Below, piece after piece: positions 1 through 9,103 of a stretch of 64,000 nt of DNA. The translations under genes and the position numbers were made by a program. How positions within the stretch are numbered: position 1 is the stretch's first letter; each line of letters starts with the position of its first letter. Where the stretch lies: positions 545,064 through 609,063 of the forward strand of contig OZ245361.1 of NCBI GenBank assembly GCA_965226525.1, written 5' to 3'. The stretch is from Spiroplasma sp. (GTDB lineage Bacteria; Bacillota_I; Bacilli_A; Mycoplasmatales; MT37). The notes beneath the pieces are model-generated. The model saw nothing but the letters and a program-made list of their open reading frames with translations, ran no database searches and was not told the DNA's origin.

Positions 1-150
1 CTCAATCAGGCAGAAGCAGAAAAGAATCAGCAAGCAAAAGAAAAACAACAACGTCAAGATTTAACCATTGGTTTAGCAACTGGTGGAGGTGTGTTAGTTG
101 CTGCTGGTCTGGGTGGTTTTCTCTACTGGTTTTTTAAAATTAGAAAATAA
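1..150 (+). CDS. 3' end of an array paralog (copy 0, cut by the window edge)
   Basis: In frame from nt 1: LNQAEAEKNQQAKEKQQRQDLTIGLATGGGVLVAAGLGGFLYWFFKIRK then TAA. This is the same stalk+TM+basic tail as the complete copies. Confidence 0.85.
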   Translation, partial: LNQAEAEKNQQAKEKQQRQDLTIGLATGGGVLVAAGLGGFLYWFFKIRK

Positions 151-300
151 AGAGTTTTTTGACTATCAATCTTTATTTTCCTTATTTTTTGAAAAAACAC
201 TTGCTTATAGATTTTTTCTAAAGTATCTTTTGTGACTATTCAAAAGTGGACAAAATCAGTTGTTTCTTTCCTGGTTTTTTGCTTCTTTTTCACCAATTAC

Positions 301-327
301 TTGACAAAAAAAAAAAAAAAGTAAAAT
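301..327 (+). promoter_or_regulatory. Putative promoter with homopolymeric spacer, TTGAC-A15-G-TAAAAT (copy 1)
   Basis: TTGACA at 301-306, A run at 306-320, TAAAAT at 322-327, ATG at 337 (9-nt gap). Confidence 0.55.
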
Positions 328-336
328 GAAGGCACA

Positions 337-1923
337 ATGTTGAAAAAAGTCTTTGCTGTTTTTTCAGTTTTTATCTTCTTTGCCTTCTCAGGTTTGTTTG
401 TTTTTGCGAGTCCATCTTCTCCAGTTGTTTTCTCATCAGGAGGCTCTGCCTCTACTAATTTAGCAGCAGAAAAAATAGCTAAAATTGATCAGCTTTGATC
501 AGGAATCAAAAATGAAATAAAGAAGCCAGTATATTATTTTCTAACTGGAATCCCAATTAAAATTCCTGGTCGAGTTGGTAAATTTTATGACTTAGGACCT
601 TTATACAAAGCAGCGCAAAATGAACTTGCTACCTCTGGTTCTAGTCTGACAACTGAAGGTGCCAGAGAAAAACTTTTAGAACTGGTTAATGCTGGTTTAG
701 ATTCTGCAACAGTTAATTCTGCGCTTTCTTATGAAAAAGGATTTGGTTTTTATAATGATTCAGCAAACATTTGAAATTCTCTTTCCATTCAAGAATTAGT
801 AAAACCCAAATATACCCACTTAGGTAGAACCCAAATTACAATTGAAAGTAATGGAGAAATATTACATGAGGGTAGTCTAGAACCCTTGTTCAATGCTGCT
901 AGAAATCAAGGAGGCAAATTCTGATATGAACTGCCAACTGCTGCTAAAGACCTGCTTATTAGTTTGATTGATGTTCAGGTTAGTGGGGCGCATCTCAATT
1001 CTGCTTTAGCAAAAACAGCACTAGATCTTCTTTGATCAGAAATCAAATCTGAACTAAAGACAAAGTATGCTTATCTATCCAAAAATCTAATCCTAATCAA
1101 TGGTAATAACTATAACCTTGAACCCTTGTTTACTGCTGCCAAAAATGATGCCCAGTATGAAAAGAAAGGTTCTGAACTTTCTGTCCAGGCAAAAGACAAA
1201 CTCCAAGAATTAGTTAATGCTGTTGTTATTCCTCAAAAGCTTAAAGACGCTTTAGATGTTAAAAACAATGAAAAGTTAGATGCTTTCTGATCAGAAATTA
1301 AATCTGAACTGAAAAAACCAAACTATGCCTACTTAGTCAAAACTCCAATCCTAGTCAATGGTAATAACTACAACCTTGAACCCTTGTTTGTTGCTGTCAA
1401 AAATGAGTATCGTGTTTTAGGTTCACAACTCTCTGATCCAGCAAAAAATAAGTTACAGAGTTTAGTTAGTGCTGATGTTCAACACCCAATTTTTAAAAGC
1501 AGTTTAACAACAGCAAACACTCAAAACAACCAAAAATTAGATGACCTTTGAACCCAACTAAAAAAGATTCTTAACCAACCAGAATTTAGCAAATGAAAAG
1601 ATACTTCAATCAAGATTAAAAACAAAAGTTATGATCTTAAACTTTTGTTTGTTGCTGCCAAGGAAAATGCAGATGTTAAAGATTCTGCCTTGCCCTTGGA
1701 TGCCAAACTCCAACTTCAAGAATTACTCAATGATCAAGTTACTTCCAAAATGGTTGAAAACCAACTGCTTGCTCTCAACCAGGCAGAAGCGGAAAATAAT
1801 AAGCAAGCAAAAGAAAAACAACAACGTCAAGATTTAACCATTGGTTTAGCAACTGGCGGCAGTGTTTTAGTTGCTGCTGGTCTGAGTGGTTTTCTCTACT
1901 GGTTTTTTAAAATTAGAAAATAA
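337..1923 (+). CDS. Array surface-protein paralog, copy 1 (528 aa, code 4)
   Basis: Hand-translated without TAA/TAG. The N-terminus is MLKKVFAVFSVFIFFAFSGLFVFASPSS. ORF 1645..1923 is in frame (offset 1308). The C-terminus is ...TIGLATGGSVLVAAGLSGFLYWFFKIRK. Confidence 0.88.
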
Positions 1924-2071
1924 AGTTTTTAGGTACCTGTTTTGGTTGTTTAGTTTTTAAATTTTTTTATGGATCTCCTTTTCAAATAGTTTTAAACACT
2001 TAAGAAAATAAATAAATTTAATATTTTTTTAGTTTTTGAAAAAAAACATTTTGGTTTTTTGCCTGAGTTAC

Positions 2072-2097
2072 TTGACAAAAAAAAAAAAAAGTAAAAT
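2072..2097 (+). promoter_or_regulatory. Putative promoter TTGAC-A14-G-TAAAAT (copy 2)
   Basis: A run at 2077-2090. TAAAAT ends 9 nt before ATG 2107. Confidence 0.55.
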
Positions 2098-2106
2098 GAA
2101 GGCACA

Positions 2107-3687
2107 ATGTTGAAAAAAGTCTTTGCTGTTTTTCCAGTTTTTATCTTCTTTGCCTTCTCAGGTTTGTTTGTTTTTGCTAGTCCATCTTCTCCAGTTGTTT
2201 TCTCATCAGGAGGTTCTGCCTCTACTGATTTAGCAGCAGAAAAAATAGGTAAGATTAATCAGCTTTGATTAGGAATCAAAGATGAAATAAAGGATCCAAG
2301 ACTTTATTTTCTAATTGAAATCCCGACTGACATTCCTGCTCGAGGTGGTAAACTTTATAACTTAGGACCTTTATACAAAGCAGCACAAACTGAACTTGCT
2401 ACCTCTGGTTCTAGTCTGACAACTGAAGGTGCCAGAGAAAAACTTTTAGAACTGGTTAATGCTGGTTTAGATTCTGCAACAGTTAATTCTGCACTTTCTC
2501 AAGAAAGAGGATTTGGTTTTTCTGCTCGTTTACGAAACCTTTGAAGTATTCCTTTCGCTCAAGAATTAGTAAAACCCAAATATACTCACTTAGCTAAAAA
2601 CCCAATCTCAATCAAAAAAGAAGGAAAAGAAGTATATAAGGGCAGTTTAGAACCCTTGTTCAATGCTGCTAGAAATCACGGAGAAAGAACACCATGACAT
2701 AAACTGCCAACCTCTACCAAAGACCTGCTTATTAGGTTGGCTGATGTTCAGGTTTGAGATGAGGATTCCATTCCTGCTTTAGCAAAAACAGCACTAGATC
2801 TTCTTTGATCAGAAATCAAATCTGAACTAAAGACAAAGTATGCTTATCTATCCAAAAATCTAATCCTAATCAATGGTAATAACTATAACCTTGAACCCTT
2901 ATTTACTGCTGTCAAAAATGATGCCCAGTATGAAAAGAAAGGATCTGAACTTTCTGTCCAGGCAAAAGACAAACTCCAAGAGTTAGTTAATGATGTTGTT
3001 ATTTCTCAAAAACTTAAAGATGCTTTAGATGTTAAAAACAATGAAAAGTTAGATGCTTTCTGATCAGAAATTAAATCTGAACTGAAAAAACCAGATTATG
3101 CCTACTTAGTCAAAACTCCAATCCTAGTTAATGGTAATAACTACAATCTTGAACCTTTATTTATTGCTGTTAAAAATGAGTATGGTGTTTTAGGTTCACA
3201 ACTCTCTGATTCAGCAAAAAATAAGTTACAGAGTTTAGTTAGTGCTGATGTTCAACACCAAATTTTTAAAAATAGTTTAATAACAATAAACAACCAAAAA
3301 TTAGATGACCTTTGAACCCAACTAAAAAAGATTCTTAACCAACCAGAATTTAGCAAATGAAAAGATACTTCAATCAAAATTAAAAACAAAAGTTATGATC
3401 TTAAACTTTTATTTGCTGCTGCCAAGGAAAAAGGAGATGTTAAAGGTTCTGCCTTTTCCTTAGATGTCAAACTCCAACTCTGAGAATTACTCAATGATCA
3501 GGTTACTTTCAAAATGATTGAAAACCAACTGCTTGCTCTCAATCAGGCAGAAGCAGAAAAGAATCAGCAAGCAAAAGAAAAACAACAACGTCAAGATTTA
3601 ACCATTGGTTTAGCAACTGGTGGAGGTGTGTTAGTTGCTGCTGGTCTGGGTGGTTTTCTCTACTGGTTTTTTAAAATCAGAAAGTAA
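2107..3687 (+). CDS. Array surface-protein paralog, copy 2 (526 aa)
   Basis: Hand-translated end to end. The only in-frame stop-like codons are TGA, including a Q->W(TGA) at about 3481. It ends ...FLYWFFKIRK then TAA at 3685-3687. Confidence 0.88.
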
Positions 3688-4124
3688 AGGTTTTGAATAA
3701 ATAAATCTTCCTTTTTTAAGTTCCAACTTGCAATAGGTTCTAAAAAAAACAGCACTAGTTAACCTAGAGATGTTTTTTTGCTGATTTAAACAGTTTAGTA
3801 AATGAGTTTTGAGTCTTTGATTAAAAAGACATTTTTAGAAAAATCACTATACTTATTTAGTGGTTATGTAAAGATTGCTTACTGTAGTTGTTTAGTTATT
3901 ATTGAAACAGTTAGCAAGAGTTTATAAGATGCAGAGTTTGAGAATTTCTTTATCTTTTCAACAAATTGAAAAACAAAGTATTTATTTTTGCAATACTGCT
4001 CAATGAGTTTTATTTAGTGTTTTTTTTGGTATTTTTGTCATCCAAAAAGTAAATAAATTCAGTTGTTTTTTCTCTAGTTTTTAAGAAAAACAACCTGGTT
4101 TTTCCTTTTCTTTTTCTTAACTAC

Positions 4125-4151
4125 TTGACAAAAAAAAAAAAAAAGTAAAAT
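4125..4151 (+). promoter_or_regulatory. Putative promoter TTGAC-A15-G-TAAAAT (copy 3)
   Basis: A run at 4130-4144. ATG at 4161. Confidence 0.55.
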
Positions 4152-4160
4152 GAAGGCAGA

Positions 4161-5273
4161 ATGTTGAAAAAAGTCCTTGCTGTTTTTCCAGTTTTTATCT
4201 TCTTTGCCTTCTCAGGTTTGTTTGTTTTTGCCAGTCCATCTTCTTCAGTTGTTTTTAAGGCTCAACCCCAACCCCTTAGTAATGAACAAAAACAAGATCG
4301 TACTTGAAAATGAATTAAATCTGAACTAAGAAACAGGCATACTTATTTAGATTTTGATTTTGATGAAGGATATTGAAAACCTTTGTTTGCTGCTGCCAAT
4401 GGTAGAGGTTATGATAGAAAAGGTTCTGAATTAGAGCAAAAAGTTAAAGATCCACTGCTAGCTATTTTTGCTGCAGCAAAAAGAAAAGACAAAACAGGAG
4501 TGTGAGCGTTTTTGTCTTGACTTCATTCTTCTTCTCTAAAAAGACAAAAAACAAGATGAAATTTTTTAGTTGATACCAGTGTTGGTGAAGATCAAGATGC
4601 ATTGTTAAATCCTGAATATGCTTACTTAGCTAAAACTCCAATCTCAATCAAAAAAGAAGGAGAAGAAGTATATAAGGGTAGTTTAGAACCCTTGTTTCTT
4701 GCTGCTAAAAGGTTTGGAGTTCTGAAAACAGTAGAGGAGTTTTCAAAAATAAAAATACCTGGTTTTAGGGAAATTATTTGGGATTTTTACTTTTTATCTT
4801 CTGTTGGGGACATTGATATTAATGCTGCTTTAACAGCAGCTGATGCTAAAAACAAACCCAAACTAAATAATCTCTGAAGAGCAATTAAAAATGAACTGAA
4901 AAAACCAGAATTTAGCAAATGAAAAAACACTTCAATCAAGATTAAAAACAAAAGTTATGATCTTAAACTTTTGTTTGCCACTGCCAAGGAAAATGCAGAT
5001 GTTAAAGGTTCTGCTTTGCCTTTAGATGTCAAACTCCAACTCCAAGAGTTAGTCAATGATCAGGTTACTTTCAAAATGGTTGAAAACCAACTACTTGCTC
5101 TCAATCAGGCAGAAGCAGAAAAGAATAAGCAAGCAGAAGCAGCAAAGAATCAGCAAGCAAAAGAAAAACAACAAAGTCAAGATTTAACCATTGGTTTAGC
5201 AACTGGCGGAGGTGTGTTAGTTGCTGCTGGTGTTGGTGGTTTTCTCTACTGGTTTTTTAAAATTAGAAAGTAA
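4161..5273 (+). CDS. Divergent short array paralog, copy 3 (370 aa)
   Basis: It has the same signal peptide and the same last module and anchor, but a unique Trp-rich N-terminal half (…RTWKWIKSELRNRHTYLDFDFDEGYWKPLF…). ORFs 4602.. and 4971..5273 are in frame. The stalk carries an extra AEAAKNQQ segment. Confidence 0.85.
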
Positions 5274-5418
5274 AGAGTTTTTTGACTATCAATCTTTATT
5301 TTCCTTATTTTAAAAAAACTTGCTTATAGATTTTTTCTAAAGCATTTTTTGGACTATTCAAAAGTGGACAAAATCAGTTGTTTCTTTCCTGATTTTTTGC
5401 TTCTTTTTCACCAACTAC

Positions 5419-5445
5419 TTGACAAAAAAAAAAAAAAAGTAAAAT
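5419..5445 (+). promoter_or_regulatory. Putative promoter TTGAC-A15-G-TAAAAT (copy 4)
   Basis: A run at 5424-5438. The 9-nt gap here reads gaggatgtg rather than gaaggcaca. ATG at 5455. Confidence 0.5.
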
Positions 5446-5454
5446 GAGGATGTG

Positions 5455-7026
5455 ATGTTGAAAAAAGTCTTTGCTGTTTTTCCAGTTTTTATCTTCTTTG
5501 CCTTCTCAGGTTTGTTTGTTTTTGCCAGTTCATCTTCTCCAGTTGTTTTCTCATCAGGAGGTTCTGCCTCTACTAATTTAGCAGCAGAAAAAATAGGTAA
5601 GATTAATCAGCTTTGATCAGGAATCAAAGATGAAATAAAGAAGTCAGAATATTATTTTCTAACTAAAAACCCAATTAAAATTCCTGTTCAAGTTGGTAAA
5701 TTTTACAACTTAGGACCTTTATACAAAGCAGCACAAAATGAACTTGCTACCTCTGGTTCTAGTCTGACAACTGAAGGTGCCAGAGAAAAACTTTTAGAAC
5801 TAGTTAATGCTGGTTTAGATTCTGCAACAGTTAATTCTGCACTTTCTCGTGAAGAAGGATTTGGTTTTTCTAGAAATTTAGGAAGACTTTGAAATCCTAC
5901 TTTCACTCAAGAATTAATAAAACTCAAATATGCTCACTTAGTCAGAGTTCCAATCACACTTAAAGGTATTGGTTATTACTTTGAACCACTTTACAATGCT
6001 GCTAGAAATCAAGAAGACAAATCATGAGATAAACTGCCAACCTCTGCTAAAGACTTACTTATTAGGTTGAATGCTGCTCAGGTTAATGAATTCCATCTCA
6101 ATCCTGCTTTAGCAAAAACAGCACTAGATCTTCTTTGATCAGAAATCAAATCTGAACTAAAGACAAAATATGCTTATCTATTCAAAAATCCAATCCTAGT
6201 CAATGGTAATAAGTATAACCTTGAACCCTTGTTTACTGCTGCCAAAGATGATACTCAATATGCAAAGGAAGGTTCTGAACTTTCTGTCCAGGCAAAAGAC
6301 AAACTCCAAGAGTTAGTTAATGCTGTTGTTATTCCTCAAAAGCTTAAAGATGCTTTAGATGCTAAAAACAATGAAAAGTTAGATGCTTTCTGATCAGAAA
6401 TTAAATCTGAACTGAAAAAACCAAATTATGCCTACTTAGTCAAAACTCCAATCCTAATCAATGGTAATAACTACAACCTTGAACCCTTGTTTGTTGCTGT
6501 CAAAAATGAGTATCATGTTTTAGGTTCACAACTCTCTGATCCAGCAAAAAATAAGTTACAGAGTTTAGTTAGTGCTGATGTTCAACACCAAATTTTTAAA
6601 ACTAGTTTAACAAAAGCAAACATTCAAAATAACCAAAAATTAGACAACCTTTGAAACCAACTACAAAAGGTTTTTAACCAACCAGAGTTTAGCAAATGAA
6701 AAGATACTTCAATTGAAATTAATTCCAAAAACTATAACCTTCAACTTTTGTTTGTTGCCGCCAAGGAAAAGGCAGATGTTAAAGACTCTGTCTTCCCCTT
6801 AAATGCTAAAGTGAAACTCCAAGAGTTAGTCAATGATCAAGTTACTTCCAAAATGGTTGAAAACCAACTACTTGCTCTCAATCAGGCAGAAGCAGCAAAG
6901 AATAAGCAAGCAAAAGAAAAACAACAAAGTCAAGGTTTAACCATTGGTTTAGCAACTGGTGGAGGTGTGTTAGTTGCTGCTGGTCTGAGTGGTTTTCTCT
7001 ACTGATTTTTTAAAATTAGAAAATAA
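5455..7026 (+). CDS. Array surface-protein paralog, copy 4 (523 aa)
   Basis: ORF 6748.. is in frame. In this copy only, the anchor Trp is TGA (tac tga ttt), so the ORF track truncates it at 7005. The true stop is TAA at 7024-7026. Confidence 0.85.
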
Positions 7027-7304
7027 AGTTTTTAGGTACCTGCTTTGGTTGTTTATTTTTTTAGAATCTGTTGAACTAAAAGAAATGATTTTCTTTTCCT
7101 GAATTTAGATTTTAAACCTTTAAATGTGTAACAAGTTACTAGTCTTTCAATTTTAACTTGTTTAGTTTTCAAATTTTTTTATGGACCTGCTTTTCAAATA
7201 GTTTTCAACACTTAAGAAAATAAATAAATTTAATATTTTTTTTAGTTTTTAAAAAAAACATTTTGGTTTCTTTCCTGATTTTTTGCTTCTTTTTCACCAA
7301 TTAC

Positions 7305-7332
7305 TTGACAAAAAAAAAAAAAAAAGTAAAAT
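7305..7332 (+). promoter_or_regulatory. Putative promoter TTGAC-A16-G-TAAAAT (copy 5; longest spacer in the array)
   Basis: A run at 7310-7325 (16 A). ATG at 7342. Confidence 0.55.
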
Positions 7333-7341
7333 GAAGGCACA

Positions 7342-8919
7342 ATGTTGAAAAAAGTCTTTGCTGTTTTTCCAATTTTTATTTTCTTTACCTTCTCAGGTTT
7401 GTTTGTTTTTGCCAGTCCATCTTCTCCAGTTGTTTTCTCATCAGGAGTTTCTGCCTCTACTAATTTAGCAGCAGAAAAAATAGGTAAGATTGATCAGCTT
7501 TGATCAGGAATCAAAGATGAAATAAAGAAGCCAGATCATTATTTTTTAACTAAAATCCCAATTAAAATTCCTGCTCTAGTTGGTAAATTTTACAACTTAG
7601 GACCTTTATACAAAGCAGCACAAACTGAACTTGCTACCTCTGGTTCTAGTCTGACAACTGAAGGTGCCAGAGAAAAACTTTTAGAACTGGTCAATTCTGG
7701 TTTAGATTCTGCAAGAGTTAATTCTGTGCTTTCTCATGAAAGACAATTTGGTTTTATTCCTGCTTTACGAAACCTTTGAAATTATTATTTAGATCAAGAA
7801 TTACTAAAACCCAAATATGCTCACTTAGCTAAAACCCCAATCTCAATCAAAAAAGAAGGAGAAGAACCATATAAGGTCAGTTTAGAACCCTTGTTTCTTG
7901 CTGCTAGAAATCAAGAAGACAAATCATGAAATGAACTGCCAACCTCTGCTAAAGACCTACTTATTGAGTTGATTGATGCTGGTGTTAGAAAGCAGCATCT
8001 CAATCCTGCTTTAGCAAAAACAGCACTAGATCTTCTCTGATCAGGCATCAAGGATGAGTTGAAAAAACCAGAATATGCTTATCTATCTAAAACTCTTATC
8101 AAAATTGATGAAACAGACTATGACCTGGAACCCTTGTTTGCTGTTGCTAAAGATGATGTTCAATATGCAAAGGAAGGTTCTGAACTTCCTGCTCAGGCAA
8201 AAGACAAACTCCAAGAATTAGTTAATGCTGTTGTTATTCCTCAAAAGCTTAAAGACGCTTTAGATGTTAAAAACAATGAAAATTTAGATGCTTTCTGATC
8301 AGAAAGCAAATCTGAACTGAAAAAACCAGAATATGCCCATCTATCTAAAACTCCAATCCTAATCAATGGTAATAACTACAACCTTGAACCTTTATTTATT
8401 GCTGTTAAAAATGAGTATGGTGTTTTAGGTTCACAACTCTCTGATTCAGCAAAAAATAAGTTACAGAGTTTAGTTAGTGCTGATGTTCAACACCAAATTT
8501 TCAAAACTAGTTTAGTGACAATAAACAACCAAAAATTAGATGACCTTTGAACCCAACTAAAAAAAATTCTCAACCAACCAGATTTTGACAAATGAAAAGA
8601 TACTTCAATCAAAATTAAAAACAAAAGTTATGATCTTAAACTTTTGTTTACTGCCAAGGAAAAGGCAGGTGTTAAAGGTTCTGCTTTGCCTTTAGATACT
8701 AAACTGAAACTCCAAGAGTTAGTCAATGATCAGGTTACTTTCAAAATGATTGAAAACCAACTGCTCGCTCTCAATCAGGCAGAAGCAGCAAAGAATAAGC
8801 AAGTAAAAAAAAAGCAACAAAGTCAAGATTTAACCATTGGTTTAGCAACTGGTGGTAGTGTTTTAGTTGCTTTTGGTCTGGGTGGTTTTCTCTACTGGTT
8901 TTTTAAAATTAGAAAATAA
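7342..8919 (+). CDS. Array surface-protein paralog, copy 5 (525 aa)
   Basis: ORFs 8059.. and 8644..8919 are in frame with ATG 7342. Length is 1578 nt. Confidence 0.85.
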
Positions 8920-9068
8920 AGAGTTTTTTGACTATCAATCTTTATTTTCCTTGTTTTTTTAAAAAAACACTTGCTTATAGATTTTTTCTAAAGCATTTTT
9001 TGACTATTCAAAAGTGGACAAAATCAGTTGTTTCTTTCCTGATTTTTTGCTTCTTTTTCACCAATTAC

Positions 9069-9094
9069 TTGACAAAAAAAAAAAAAAGTAAAAT
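9069..9094 (+). promoter_or_regulatory. Putative promoter TTGAC-A14-G-TAAAAT (copy 6)
   Basis: A run at 9074-9087. ATG at 9104. Confidence 0.55.
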
Positions 9095-9103
9095 GAAGGC
9101 ACA

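Noticed and set aside
326-343. An upstream ATG (atgaaggcacaatgttga, MKAQC-W...) as an alternative start of the array genes.
   Set aside because: It is out of frame with the conserved protein and overlaps the TAAAAT box. Copy 4 changes this sequence (atgaggatgtgatg) while keeping the downstream ATGTTGAAAAAAG start.
1631-1837. A +1-frame 68-aa ORF overlapping the copy 1 tail (also 17421..17627).
   Set aside because: It is an alternate frame of a clearly coding, conserved module. It is absent in most other copies.
3802-3927. A 41-aa ORF (MSFESLIKKTFLEKSLYLFSGYVKIAYCSCLVIIETVSKSL) in the unique spacer before copy 3.
   Set aside because: It is short, has no recognisable promoter or SD, and is not repeated elsewhere in the window. 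It cannot be supported from sequence alone.
5703-5906. A minus-strand 67-aa ORF, with its twin at 16378..16602.
   Set aside because: It is antisense to the most conserved block of the array genes (…ELATSGSSLTTEGAREKLLELV…). It recurs only because that block is conserved. It has no independent start context.
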